Source: an uncultured Candidatus Entotheonella sp.
Lineage (GTDB): Bacteria; Tectomicrobia; Entotheonellia; Entotheonellales; Entotheonellaceae
DNA length: 64,000 nucleotides
Direction: 5' to 3'
NCBI GenBank assembly: GCA_965215335.1
Contig: CBDCDA010000001.1
Coordinates: 1,472,001 to 1,536,000, forward strand
The notes below the pieces were generated by a model. The model saw only the letters and a list, made by a program, of their open reading frames with translations. It did not search any database and was not told the DNA's origin. Position numbers and translations under genes: made by a program. Position 1 is the first letter of the stretch; every line of letters starts with the position of its first letter. Below, in pieces: positions 53,061 through 64,000 of this stretch.

Positions 53061-54101
53061 GTGCACCTGCGCGACTTCGATTTCACCCTGCCAGCCGAAT
53101 TGATCGCCCAGGCGCCCGCCACCAGGCGGGATGGCTCGCGGCTGATGATTGTCGACCGGCAGCAGCGCAGCATCCGGCACGACGGTTTTGCCAACGTCGG
53201 CACTTACCTGTGCGCCGGGGATGTGCTGGTGGTGAACGACACCAAGGTGGTCCCGGCACGCTTGCGGGGCCGCAAGATCGGCACCGGCGGCAGCGTCGAG
53301 GTGCTGCTGCTTCACGAGGTCAGCGCCGGGGCATGGGAAGTGCTGCTGAAGCCCTCCGCCAGGACGCCGGCCGGCACGCAGGTGGAATTCGGCGCCGGGG
53401 CGTTGCGGGGGCGTATAGGGAAACGGACGGGTCACGGGGCCGCCATCCTGTACTTTACGCCGCCCGATGTTCTGCCGGCGCTTGCCGAATTCGGGGAGGT
53501 GCCGCTGCCGCCATATATCAAACGGCAGCAGCCGGCCGAGAGCCGGGAATTCGATCTTGAACGCTACCAGACGGTGTATGCCTGTCGTCCCGGCGCGGTT
53601 GCGGCGCCAACCGCGGGTTTGCATTTCACGCCGGAGTTGCTGGCTGATCTGGAGCGGCAAGGCATTCAGCGAGCGGCGCTCACGCTTCACGTGGGGTGGG
53701 GAACGTTCCAGCCGGTGCGCAGCGACGACGTTGAGCAGCATCACATGGGCTCGGAACGTTACCATCTGGCAACGCCCGAGGCGAAACGCATCGAACGCGC
53801 CCACGAACAGGGGCATCGGGTGGTGGCGGTGGGAACCACGACGACCCGCACCCTGGAAACCATTGGGCAACAAACCGGAAAGGTGCGCGCCGCCAGCGGC
53901 TGGTCGGAACTCTTTATCAAGCCCGGGCATCGTTTTCGCGTCATCGACGCCCTGGTCACCAATTTTCACCTGCCGCGCTCAACGCTCTTCATGCTCGTCT
54001 GCGCGTTTGCCGACCGCGCCCTCATGCTCGAAGCCTATCAGACAGCCATTGCCAACCAGTACCGCTTCTACAGTTACGGTGACGCCATGCTCATCATGTG
54101 A
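53061..54101 (+). CDS. queA: SAM:tRNA ribosyltransferase-isomerase
   Basis: LPPYI, YQTVY, AAPTAGLHF, TNFHLP, YRFYSYGD. Confidence 0.97.
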   Translation: MHLRDFDFTLPAELIAQAPATRRDGSRLMIVDRQQRSIRHDGFANVGTYLCAGDVLVVNDTKVVPARLRGRKIGTGGSVEVLLLHEVSAGAWEVLLKPSARTPAGTQVEFGAGALRGRIGKRTGHGAAILYFTPPDVLPALAEFGEVPLPPYIKRQQPAESREFDLERYQTVYACRPGAVAAPTAGLHFTPELLADLERQGIQRAALTLHVGWGTFQPVRSDDVEQHHMGSERYHLATPEAKRIERAHEQGHRVVAVGTTTTRTLETIGQQTGKVRAASGWSELFIKPGHRFRVIDALVTNFHLPRSTLFMLVCAFADRALMLEAYQTAIANQYRFYSYGDAMLIM

Positions 54102-54117
54102 GCCTGTCCGGCCGTGC

Positions 54118-54399
54118 TTAGGCGTCACCGTTGACGGCGTCCTTGAAATACTTGCCCGACTTGAACCGTACCACCCGCCGCGCTGGTATTTCGGCTTCTT
54201 CACCCGTTTTAGGATTCCGCCCGAGGCGAGCGTGCTTTTCGCGTACCTGAAAGGTGCCGAAACGCCGCAGGACGACCGACTCGCCCCGACACAGGCTCTC
54301 CTTCAGTTCGTCGAGGATCGCGTCCACGGCCTCTTCGGCTTTCACCTTGGTAATGTCGGTTTCATCGGCAATACGATTGACAATTTCGACTTTCCTCAT
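54118..54399 (-). CDS. HU/IHF family DNA-binding protein
   Basis: RFGTF, GRNPKTGEEAEIPARRVVRFK. Confidence 0.93.
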   Translation of the reverse strand: MRKVEIVNRIADETDITKVKAEEAVDAILDELKESLCRGESVVLRRFGTFQVREKHARLGRNPKTGEEAEIPARRVVRFKSGKYFKDAVNGDA

Positions 54400-54537
54400 G
54401 GGCTGGCGGCTTCCGGGTTCGGGGGTGAGAGATGGTGAGACAACGCACCTCGGTTCTGTTGTCTGTAGGCGGGTGCACCTCATTGAATATCAGATTCTGC
54501 CGCCTGAATCAAGAACACTGAACCGCTGGCATGGGGT

Positions 54538-55725
54538 TCAGGCTCTGGGCAGCACCTGCCCCGGGCGCCGGACCGGCAGCGCCACGGACAAGGTGAGCGC
54601 ACGCCAGAGCCGTGCCGCGGCGCGGGCGATGCGGCTGAACAGCGAACGGCGCTGCGTCACGCTGACCGATTCGCCATTCAGGGCGGCAAATTCGCGCAGC
54701 AGCTCTTCCTGGCGTTCGGTGAGACGGGTGGGGGTTCGCACCACGAGGTGCGCGACCTGATCGCCGCGCCCACCGCCCCGCACGTGTGGCACACCGCAGC
54801 CTCGCAAGGACAGCGTGTCGCGGGTCTGGGTGCCGCGCGGGATGGTAAGCGTTTTGGGCCCGTACAGTGACGGAACTTCCACGTCCGCGCCCAAGGCCGC
54901 CTGGGAGAACGAGACCGTCACCTCGCAGTGCACGTCGGCCCCGTGACACTCGAAAAGATCATGCGGCGCCACGTGCACCACCACGTACAGGTCTCCCGGC
55001 GGCCCGCCATTGGCGCCCTCCTCGCCCTCGCCGGTGAGACGCAGGCGAGAGTTTTCGTCCATGCCGGCCGGGATCTTCACCGACAGCTTCTTGGCCGTTT
55101 GCACTAGGCCCAGCCCGCGGCACTCGGGGCACGGGTTGGTAATCACCACGCCTTGGCCGCGACAGCGCGGGCACGAGGCGCGCATGGCGAAAAAGCCCTG
55201 CCGCCGTTCCACCTGGCCCAGCCCGCCGCAGGTTTCGCAGGTGGTGGGCTGCGTGCCCGGCGCGGTGCGTTTGCCCAGGCAGCGGATGCAGGTTTCGGTC
55301 TTGTCGAATTCCAACATTTTTTCAGTGCCGGAAACGACTTCTTCCAGGCTGATCTGAACGTCGTAGCGCAGGTCCGCGCCGGCTCGCGCCGCCGTCCGTG
55401 CGCCTCGGCGCCCGCCACCAAAGCCGAACAGTTCTTCGAAAATGCTGCCGAAACTGGAGAAAACGTCCTCGGCGCCGCCAAAACCTTGAAAGCCTGCGCC
55501 CTGCAGACCGTCGTGACCATAGCGGTCGTACAGGCTGCGCTTCTCGGGGTCGTTCAGCACGTCGTAGGCCTCGGCCGCCTCCTTGAATTTCTCCTCGGCC
55601 ACGTCGTCGTCGGGGTTGCGGTCCGGGTGGTATTTCAAGGCCAGCTTGCGATAGCTCTTTTTCAGATCTTCCTCGTTCGCATCGCGCGGTACCTCAAGGA
55701 TTTCGTAATAATCCCGTTTGATCAT
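54538..55725 (-). CDS. dnaJ: Chaperone DnaJ
   Basis: J domain HPD, G/F region, four CxxCxG repeats, C-terminal domain. Confidence 0.95.
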   Translation of the reverse strand: MIKRDYYEILEVPRDANEEDLKKSYRKLALKYHPDRNPDDDVAEEKFKEAAEAYDVLNDPEKRSLYDRYGHDGLQGAGFQGFGGAEDVFSSFGSIFEELFGFGGGRRGARTAARAGADLRYDVQISLEEVVSGTEKMLEFDKTETCIRCLGKRTAPGTQPTTCETCGGLGQVERRQGFFAMRASCPRCRGQGVVITNPCPECRGLGLVQTAKKLSVKIPAGMDENSRLRLTGEGEEGANGGPPGDLYVVVHVAPHDLFECHGADVHCEVTVSFSQAALGADVEVPSLYGPKTLTIPRGTQTRDTLSLRGCGVPHVRGGGRGDQVAHLVVRTPTRLTERQEELLREFAALNGESVSVTQRRSLFSRIARAAARLWRALTLSVALPVRRPGQVLPRA

Positions 55726-55736
55726 GGCGTTGCACC

Positions 55737-56066
55737 TTATGTCGAAGCCGGATTGCGTGGGTTCCCCGGCACCTCGCGCATGGCCAGCAGGGCGCGCGTT
55801 TCTTCCTGCGCGGCCCGGAGCTTGCGCAGCAGGTCCATGATGATCGTCACGCCCGCCAGATTGACCCCCATCTCGCGCGTCAGGTTCAGAATCGTGCCGA
55901 GGTGGTTAATGTCCTGGCGCGAGTAGAGCCGCGTGTTGCCTGCCGAGCGTTGCGGATGCAGCAGCCCTTCGCGCTCGTACAGGCGCAGGGTCTGCGGGTG
56001 CACGTTGAACATGTTGGCGACGGCGCTGATGGTGAAGTATTCCTTGCCAGGCATATGGCTTACCAT
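55737..56066 (-). CDS. hspR: MerR-family heat-shock repressor HspR-like
   Basis: [29 protein letters not shown]; between two J-domain genes. Confidence 0.88.
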   Translation of the reverse strand: MVSHMPGKEYFTISAVANMFNVHPQTLRLYEREGLLHPQRSAGNTRLYSRQDINHLGTILNLTREMGVNLAGVTIIMDLLRKLRAAQEETRALLAMREVPGNPRNPAST

Positions 56067-56971
56067 CTCTTGGCACGTGGTTGCATGGGATTGCGGGCGG
56101 AGAACTCTTCCAACAGCTCCCGTGAGCGGTCGTCCAGCGTTTCCGGCAGCACAACGTGCACGCGCACGTACTGGTTGCCGCGCTCATTGCCTTGCCGTCT
56201 CGCAGCCCCCTTGCCACGCAAGCGGAAGCGGCGGCCATTCTGCGTGCCGGGCGGCAGCGTCATGGCGGTGGGGCCGTCGATGGTCGGCACCTCGATTTTG
56301 GCGCCCAGCATGGCCTCGGCCAGCGTCACCGGCACTTCGCATTCGATGTCGTTGCCGTGGCGTTCAAAGTAGGCGTGCGGTTTGACTCGTATGGCGACGT
56401 ACAGATCGCCCGGCGGCCCACCCGCCGTTCCGGCGCCGCCCTTGCCGGCGATGCGTATCTTGAAGCCGGTGTCCACGCCCGGCGGGATTTTGACCTGCCG
56501 ACGTTCGATGCTGCCGTCCCGGTGGGTCAGCCTGACGCGGGTCGTGGTGCCGCGCAGGACGTCCTCGAAGGGAATTTCCAAGGTCTGCTCAACATCCTGC
56601 CCGCGCTGCGGCATCGGCCCGGCGCGCCCGCCGCCCGCGAACAGGTCGTCGAAAATGGCGCCGAATCCCTCGGCAGAGCCCCCACCCGAGCCAAAGATGT
56701 CGCGGCTATGGCCGGTATGAAAACCGCCGAATCCGCCACCGCCCATGTCGAATGCCTGATGCCCGAAGCGGTCGTATGTCGCACGGCTGTCGGCGTTGCC
56801 GAGCACCTCGTAGGCCTCGGATATCTCCTTGAATTTCTGCTCGGCAGCGGCGTCTCCCGGGTTGACGTCCGGGTGATACTGGCGAGCCAGGCGGCGGTAG
56901 GCCTGCTTGATCTCTTTCTCGTCGGCGTCTCGTTTGACGTTGAGGGTCCGGTAATAATCGTGCTGGGCCAT
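56060..56971 (-). CDS. cbpA: CbpA/DnaJ class II co-chaperone
   Basis: J domain HPD, no zinc finger, DnaJ C-terminal domain. Confidence 0.85.
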   Translation of the reverse strand: MAQHDYYRTLNVKRDADEKEIKQAYRRLARQYHPDVNPGDAAAEQKFKEISEAYEVLGNADSRATYDRFGHQAFDMGGGGFGGFHTGHSRDIFGSGGGSAEGFGAIFDDLFAGGGRAGPMPQRGQDVEQTLEIPFEDVLRGTTTRVRLTHRDGSIERRQVKIPPGVDTGFKIRIAGKGGAGTAGGPPGDLYVAIRVKPHAYFERHGNDIECEVPVTLAEAMLGAKIEVPTIDGPTAMTLPPGTQNGRRFRLRGKGAARRQGNERGNQYVRVHVVLPETLDDRSRELLEEFSARNPMQPRAKRW

Positions 56972-57022
56972 GGGACCACGTTCCTTCCGGGCCTTTCAAG
57001 GGTGCCGATATTCGGGTAGTTA

Positions 57023-57657
57023 TCAGTTTTCTGCGTTCTTTTCTCCCGTTGATCCACCGAAATACGCTTTTAGAAACTCGAATGCCTGCCTTTTCTGATC
57101 TTCGGATGCCGATTGAATGATCGTCGCCACATTGAGCCAACCGGTTTCGTCATCCCAGTAGTTCTTCTTCATCACTTGATGTCGACCGCACAAGGACTGC
57201 CACTTCGACGGGTCTTCAGGGTCAATTTCGGCATGTATGGAATGCGGGTTTTTGTGATCGGGAGTTAGCCTGACGGTTCCGCCACCGACGGGGTCAATGT
57301 CTCCTTGCCGTAAGCCGCACGTGATACCACTTTCCGTCCATGAACACCGGTAATCTGATTGAGCCAACACTTGCAGCCACGTTGCCGCGTTCGGTCGCGT
57401 GCGCTCGGATGCCGTACTTCGCCGTTCGGCATCATGTACTCGCTGACCTTGAGATCATCCCTGTTGCGCCATGAGAAGATTGTATAACCCTTGTCGGTTC
57501 TCAGTTCGGACAATCGTTGATGCCAATTCTCAGGGACACGGCCCGTCTTCGGGTCAGTCGCAACCTTGCCTAAGTCGTCGTGAAAGAATGCCTCTAGCCG
57601 AGCACGTATGGACGGTTGTTCGTATGGCCCTTGGATAATGGCGTTTCTATCGTCCAT
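57023..57657 (-). pseudogene. Frameshifted HNH-family (restriction-type) endonuclease
   Basis: Two ORFs join through a shift near 57415: ...ENWHQRLSELRTDKGY... then RPNAATWLQVLAQSDYRCSW...C...LTPDHKNPH...WQSLCGRHQVMKKN; lower GC than flanks. Confidence 0.7.
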
Positions 57658-57846
57658 TCGATGGTTCTCTATAGAGCAATAATGAAAGGAATACCCCCAG
57701 GCCATGAGAAAATCATGGAGCCATACAACTAAGTGCTTAATGCCGAATTCAATATAGATTACGAGTACTTCTGACAGGTTGCTCGCACGTTTACCCTGCG
57801 TGAGCAATGGACATGCGACTGGGAGCTAAGGACTGAGCGGAAGCAG

Positions 57847-57876
57847 ATTATAATATATGAGTCTCGACATGTCAAC
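57847..57876 (-). promoter_or_regulatory. Perfect-consensus sigma70 promoter overlapped by a HAIR-like (HspR) inverted repeat
   Basis: TTGACA-17 nt-TATAAT on the minus strand; TATGAGT-N7-TGTCAAC (57856-57876) versus HAIR CTTGAGT-N7-ACTCAAG. Confidence 0.7.
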
Positions 57877-57902
57877 ATTGCAAGTTGCGTGAGGGTGAGA
57901 GG

Positions 57903-58796
57903 TCAGCTTGCCAGCGGCGATACCGTCAGCCGGGACGGCTTTTCGATCTCCATGAAGATGGCGCCGTCTTTGAAGATGCGCACGTCGCCGGTGGATTCGG
58001 AGATGACGATGGCGACGGCCTCGGTGACGGAGGTGATGCCCGCGGCGGCGACGTGGCGGGACCCCAGGCCCTGGGGCAGGTCGACGGTGGATTCCAGGGC
58101 GGCGTTGAGATGGCGGCCGGCGGATGTCACCTCGCCGTCTTCCCGGATGACGAAGGCGCCGTCGAGGGCGGAGAACTCTTTCAGCGTTTCGCGCAAATGC
58201 GGATTGAGCACATTGCGCTCCTCGGCAGGATAGCCCTGGAACGGGTTGAAGATGGTTTGGCGCGAGAACTGCATCACCTTGTCGTGATCGCCCAGCACAA
58301 AGGTGGCGCCCACGGGCTTGCCCTCGCGTCCCTGGCTGGCCAGTTCCACCGCGAGGTTCAACATCGCCTCGAAAACCGCGGAAGGAATGTGCCCCGCGAT
58401 GTCCGACACGTTCGTGGAGATAAGCAACTCCCGCTCCTTGCCGATGTCGAGCACGACGATGCAGTCGAGGGAGCCGAAAACCGATGATCCGGTCAGGCAG
58501 ACGATCTTGTCTCCCTCGGCGACGTGGCCTTCGGACAGCGCCATGACCACCGCCAGCTTGATTTGTCCCATGCGGGTCAGTGGAATGGGCGGCAGGCGCA
58601 GGGTAGCGGAAACTTCCGCGCTGGGCTCGGTGCGGCTTTCCGAGTGGGTGATCAGGATGATGTCGGTGTCGTCCAGCATGCCGCTGGGGATGGGATAGTC
58701 CTGAATGGCGTCCGCGTAGACAAACAGGGCCTTGGCGCTGATTTCGTTGGCGATGACGCAGGCTGATTCGACGATGACGGTGTTGAGAGAGCGCAT
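57903..58796 (-). CDS. Diadenylate cyclase (DisA_N/DAC domain), DacZ-like architecture
   Basis: GREGKPVG, LDGAF, GLGSRHVAAAGIT, ISESTG; soluble N-terminal domain, no TM. Confidence 0.88.
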   Translation of the reverse strand: MRSLNTVIVESACVIANEISAKALFVYADAIQDYPIPSGMLDDTDIILITHSESRTEPSAEVSATLRLPPIPLTRMGQIKLAVVMALSEGHVAEGDKIVCLTGSSVFGSLDCIVVLDIGKERELLISTNVSDIAGHIPSAVFEAMLNLAVELASQGREGKPVGATFVLGDHDKVMQFSRQTIFNPFQGYPAEERNVLNPHLRETLKEFSALDGAFVIREDGEVTSAGRHLNAALESTVDLPQGLGSRHVAAAGITSVTEAVAIVISESTGDVRIFKDGAIFMEIEKPSRLTVSPLAS

Positions 58797-58854
58797 GTCC
58801 GCCTCACAGGACAACGAGCCGCTGTGTTGGCACGATGTACATTTTTGTTGAAAC

Positions 58855-58884
58855 AGTGTAGTCAAATTGGCGGCTGCCTGTCAA
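58855..58884 (-). promoter_or_regulatory. Putative promoter of the DAC gene
   Basis: TTGACA-18 nt-TACACT. Confidence 0.5.
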
Positions 58885-58953
58885 AAGACGATCGGCCCGC
58901 CTGTGCTATAGTGCTGGCGCCAGTTTCAACGAGATGTCATCCAAAACTCCACC

Positions 58954-61020
58954 ATGCTGCATAGAATGCCGGAGATGACGCCGCAACGTGTCCCCATCGC
59001 CCTTCGCCGCCGGCGCAACATCGGCATTATTTCGCATATCGACGCCGGCAAGACGACCGTGACGGAACGCATCCTCTATTACACGGGTCTGACGCACAAG
59101 CTGGGCGAGGTGCATGACGGGCAGGCGGTAATGGACTGGATGCAACAGGAGCGCGAACGTGGCATCACGATCAGTGCGGCGGCGGCGACGTGCGACTGGC
59201 GGCGGCACCAGATCACCATTATCGACACGCCCGGCCACGTGGACTTCACCATCGAGGTAGAGCGCTCGCTGCGCGTTCTGGATGGGGTGGTGGCGCTCTT
59301 CGCGGCGGTGGAAGGGGTGCAGCCGCAATCCGAATTGGTATGGCATCAGGCAGACCGTTATCGGGTGCCGCGCCTGGCGTTCATCAACAAAATGGACCGG
59401 CTGGGAGCGAACCACGAGCGCGTGCTGCAGGACATCCGGGACACTCTGGGAGCCTCACCCGTGCTACTGCAGCTGCCCCTGGGAACGGAAGAGCATTTTC
59501 AGGGGATCATCGACCTGATCGACCTGCAATGCGTGACCTGGCGCACTGACGATGCCGGGATGACCCCGGAGACGGGGGCCATCCCGCCGCAATTCGAGGC
59601 GGCGGCGCAAGCGCAGCGGACCGCCCTGCTGGAAACGGTGGCCGAGCACGATGACACCTTGCTGGAACGGTATCTGGTCGGTGACCCGCTGGACGCCGAA
59701 GCGATTCGCAACGCGGTGCGCAAGAGCGCCCTGTCCGGCGCCCTGGTGCCGGTGCTGCTGGGCTCCGGCCTGCACAACAAGGGCATCCAGCCGCTTCTCG
59801 ACGCCATCGTGTGGTACCTGCCGTCGCCCGCCGACGTGCCGTCGATTGCCGGCGTCGAGCCAGCGGAGGAAACCGCTACCGAACGCCATAACGACCCGAA
59901 CGAGCCACTGGCGGCGCTCGCCTTCAAGGTGGCGCTGGACCAGGGCCGCCGCCTGACCTATCTGCGGCTTTACGCCGGCTGCCTTGAGGCCGGCACGCAG
60001 GTCTACAATCCCAGAACCGGTACGAGCGAACGGGTGGCGCGCCTGCTGCGCATGCGCGCCAACAAACGCCAGCGCCTGGACCAGGCGCTGGCCGGGGACA
60101 TCGTGGCCGCTACCGGGTTGAAGGACGCGATGACTGGCGACACCCTGTGCGACCCCGGGCATCCCATCCGCTTCGAGGCCATCGCCTGCCCGCAGCCGGT
60201 GATCAATCTGGCCGTGGAACCGATGACCAACGCCGAGCAGGACAAGTTGCAGTTTGCCCTCGAAAAGCTTGTCGCCGAGGACCCGACCCTGCAGGTGCAA
60301 TTCGATGAGGAGCGGGGACATACCATTCTGTCAGGCATGGGCGAGTTGCACCTGGAGGTGCTCATTCGTCGCCTGGTCGATGAGTTTCAGTTGCACGTCC
60401 ATGTGGGGAAACCACAGGTCGTCTATCGCGAAACCATTCAGAGCGAGGCGGAATGCTCGGAAACCTTCGACCGGGAGATCGCCGGCAGGCGTCAGGTTGC
60501 CGGGGTCACGCTGGCCGTCATCCCCGCCGCTTCTGGCGCCGGTCTTGAATTTGACAATGCGTTGGCACCAGACGCCGACGCGCCCGCGGGGGTAATTGAC
60601 GCCGTGCGGCAGGGCGTTCTGGACGCCGCGTCGTCAGGAGTGATGCAAGGCTATCCGGTGGTCGACGTGCGCGTTGAGCTGCGCCGCCTGACTTGCCGGG
60701 ACGACGGCACCCCGCTGGCCTTTCAGGTCGCCGCCGGGCAAGCCTTGCGCCGCGCTCTGGAGGCGGCGCAACCCGTCCTGCTCGAGCCGGTGATGAGCCT
60801 CGAAATCCTGGTCCCCGAGGCCTTTGTCGGCAACGTCATCAGCGGTCTGCAGAGTCGCCGCGGCGTTGTCGAAGGCATCGAAAACCAGGGGCTTCAGCAC
60901 GTGTTGCGCACCCTCGTTCCGCTTGCCGGAACCTTCGGCTACACGACGGATCTGCGTTCCGCCAGCCAGGGTCGCGGCACCTTCAGCATGCACTTTTCGC
61001 ACTACGCGCCCGCGTCGTAA
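58954..61020 (+). CDS. fusA: Elongation factor G paralogue (EF-G2 type)
   Basis: HIDAGKTT, ERERGITI, DTPGHVDF, NKMD, GMGELHL; outside the str operon; divergent domain IV. Confidence 0.9.
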   Translation: MLHRMPEMTPQRVPIALRRRRNIGIISHIDAGKTTVTERILYYTGLTHKLGEVHDGQAVMDWMQQERERGITISAAAATCDWRRHQITIIDTPGHVDFTIEVERSLRVLDGVVALFAAVEGVQPQSELVWHQADRYRVPRLAFINKMDRLGANHERVLQDIRDTLGASPVLLQLPLGTEEHFQGIIDLIDLQCVTWRTDDAGMTPETGAIPPQFEAAAQAQRTALLETVAEHDDTLLERYLVGDPLDAEAIRNAVRKSALSGALVPVLLGSGLHNKGIQPLLDAIVWYLPSPADVPSIAGVEPAEETATERHNDPNEPLAALAFKVALDQGRRLTYLRLYAGCLEAGTQVYNPRTGTSERVARLLRMRANKRQRLDQALAGDIVAATGLKDAMTGDTLCDPGHPIRFEAIACPQPVINLAVEPMTNAEQDKLQFALEKLVAEDPTLQVQFDEERGHTILSGMGELHLEVLIRRLVDEFQLHVHVGKPQVVYRETIQSEAECSETFDREIAGRRQVAGVTLAVIPAASGAGLEFDNALAPDADAPAGVIDAVRQGVLDAASSGVMQGYPVVDVRVELRRLTCRDDGTPLAFQVAAGQALRRALEAAQPVLLEPVMSLEILVPEAFVGNVISGLQSRRGVVEGIENQGLQHVLRTLVPLAGTFGYTTDLRSASQGRGTFSMHFSHYAPAS

Positions 61021-61607
61021 CCCGCCGACCTCAACAGCGCCAGGGTCCGCTCCAAGGGCAGGCCCACGACGTTGTGGTAGCACCCCTCCAAGGCCGCAAC
61101 GAATTGCCTGCCGGCGCCTTGAACCGCATAGGCGCCAGCCTTGTCGAACGGCTCCCCCGTGGCGATATACGCTTCGATATCCGCAGCCCGCGAGGTGTGA
61201 AAGCGCACCCGCGTACTCACGACGTCACACTGCGTTATGGCTCGGCCGTGGTGCACGACGGCCACGCCGGTCATCACCGTGTGCTGGCGTCCGCTGAGGC
61301 TGCTCAGCATGGCGCGTGCCGCGGCGGCATCCGTTGGCTTTCCGAGAACGCGTTGGTCGAGGACGACAGCTGTATCCGCGCCCAGCACCCAGGCGGCGGG
61401 GAATTGTTCAGCCAGTTGTTCGGCTTTCGTCCGAGCCAGGCGTACAACATAAGATTCGGGCGGCTCCGCGGCGCGCGGTCGTTCGTCGATATGTGCCGGC
61501 ATGACGCTGAACGACAACGCTGACGTTGCGAGGAGTTCGCGCCGTCGTGGGGAGGCCGAGGCGAGGATCAGGGTGGGGCAGGGGCTGTCGCCCGTATCCG
61601 AGGCCAT
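61002..61607 (-). CDS. maf: Maf-family nucleotide pyrophosphatase
   Basis: ILASASPRRRELL, GADT, GKP, DKAGAY, NVVGLP. Confidence 0.95.
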   Translation of the reverse strand: MASDTGDSPCPTLILASASPRRRELLATSALSFSVMPAHIDERPRAAEPPESYVVRLARTKAEQLAEQFPAAWVLGADTAVVLDQRVLGKPTDAAAARAMLSSLSGRQHTVMTGVAVVHHGRAITQCDVVSTRVRFHTSRAADIEAYIATGEPFDKAGAYAVQGAGRQFVAALEGCYHNVVGLPLERTLALLRSAGYDAGA

Positions 61608-61621
61608 CGTTGCCCGGTCGG

Positions 61622-62602
61622 CTACACGTCGCGTGTGGCGACGTAATTCGCGATGGTGTACAGCGTCTCCATAGCCGTGCAGGGCGCGAAGGATTCGATC
61701 TGTTGCTTGGCCCGACCGACGTGTTCCTGTGCCTTGGCAAGGGTGGACTTCAGAGTGTCGTACTTGTGCAGGAGGGCGATTACCCGCCTCGGGACGGCCT
61801 CGTCGTCGGACCCGTCATTCACGTAATCGGTAACGAACCGAGCCTCTTCGGGGCTGGCTTGCTGCAGCAGCGAGATGATCGGCAGGGTGATCTTGCCCTC
61901 TTTGAGGTCGTTGCGCACCGGCTTGCCGAGCTTGTTGGCGGGGGCGACAAAATCCAGCGTGTCGTCAGCCATTTGGAAGGCCATCCCCAGATGGTGCCCG
62001 AATGCCGTGATCTTGGCGCGTTGCTGCGGCGAGATGCCACCGATGATCGCCCCGATTTTGCAGCTCGCCGCAAATAGCGAGGCCGTTTTGAGCGCGATAA
62101 TGCGGTAATATTCCTCCTCGCTGATGCCCAGGTCGCACTGCTTCAGTGTTTCGATCACCTGGCCTTTGGCCATCTCGACAGTCACGTCGGACACCGTTTC
62201 CATAACCAGGTGGTCCTTGTCGGCCAGCGCCAGAGACATCGCCTTGGCGTAGAGGTAATCACCAATCAGGATGGAGATGCCGTTACCCCACAGCGAATGA
62301 ACCGTCGGATTGCCGCGCCGCAGCTCGGCGTGGTCCACGACGTCGTCGTGCAACAGGGTGGCGGTGTGGATGAACTCGATGACAGTGCTGAGGTCATACA
62401 TGCGCGGACCGGCGTAACTGCACAGACGAGCCGACAGGATGAGAAGCGCCGGTCGGATGCGTTTGCCGCCGCTGGACAAGACGTATTGCGCGGTCTCCGA
62501 GATGAAGGGAACGTCGGAATCCAGATGCCTGGCGATGGCCGTTTCAACCTGCTGCAGGTCGGCTTCGACAAAGCGCCGCATTTCCTTGTACATGCTCCAC
62601 AC
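61622..62602 (-). CDS. Polyprenyl diphosphate synthase
   Basis: GGKRIRP, LHDDVVD, FQMADD, DLKEGKITLP. Confidence 0.95.
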   Translation of the reverse strand: MWSMYKEMRRFVEADLQQVETAIARHLDSDVPFISETAQYVLSSGGKRIRPALLILSARLCSYAGPRMYDLSTVIEFIHTATLLHDDVVDHAELRRGNPTVHSLWGNGISILIGDYLYAKAMSLALADKDHLVMETVSDVTVEMAKGQVIETLKQCDLGISEEEYYRIIALKTASLFAASCKIGAIIGGISPQQRAKITAFGHHLGMAFQMADDTLDFVAPANKLGKPVRNDLKEGKITLPIISLLQQASPEEARFVTDYVNDGSDDEAVPRRVIALLHKYDTLKSTLAKAQEHVGRAKQQIESFAPCTAMETLYTIANYVATRDV

Positions 62603-62639
62603 TTTTCAGACAGGGTAGGAGGGCCTCGCAGAAGGGCCA

Positions 62640-62668
62640 ACTCTAGAAGTATCTGCCCTTGGTGTCAA
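62640..62668 (-). promoter_or_regulatory. Putative promoter of the polyprenyl synthase-maf genes
   Basis: TTGACA-17 nt-TAGAGT. Confidence 0.5.
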
Positions 62669-62790
62669 GCCGCCCGCCTGCCCGAGGGCTGCGGTGGATA
62701 TGCTATACTGTCGCCCTCGATCTGGTGCCAAAACAGCGCGCGGCGAATCCTGTGGCGGGCTGAAAACAACCCACTCTGGCTAGGACAGTC

Positions 62791-64000
<1,210 letters not shown>

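Overview
A GC-rich bacterial chromosome segment spanning the replication origin region. From left to right it contains: (1) a HerA-SbcD(Mre11)-SbcC(Rad50)-cobA-PolX/PHP DNA-repair operon; (2) a minus-strand housekeeping run of recR-ybaB-dnaX, a large SRP RNA, four tRNA-Ser, tRNA-Arg(ACG), tadA, gyrA-gyrB-recF-dnaN, oriC and an atypical short dnaA; (3) rpmH-rnpA-yidD-yidC-mnmE-mnmG-rsmG followed by a DEDDh exonuclease-WYL fusion; (4) a ~21 kb catabolic/transport block (CoA-transferases, SSS symporter plus TPR protein, ArsM-like methyltransferase, LLM oxidoreductases, GlcDE, MetE-like, TrkH); (5) yebC-ruvCAB-queA, HU, cbpA-hspR-dnaJ, a diadenylate cyclase, an EF-G paralogue, maf, a polyprenyl synthase and a partial comM. 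The most unusual signals are a DnaA lacking domains I-II and the DnaA-box reading residues although canonical boxes sit beside it, a PolX whose polymerase and PHP sites are both degenerate, and at least six small toxin-antitoxin/restriction gene remnants in intergenic gaps. No CRISPR array, rRNA or intact mobile element was seen. All calls come from motif reading by eye; no database searches were run. The gene mix is reminiscent of Tectomicrobia or deltaproteobacteria-like lineages, which is an unverified inference.
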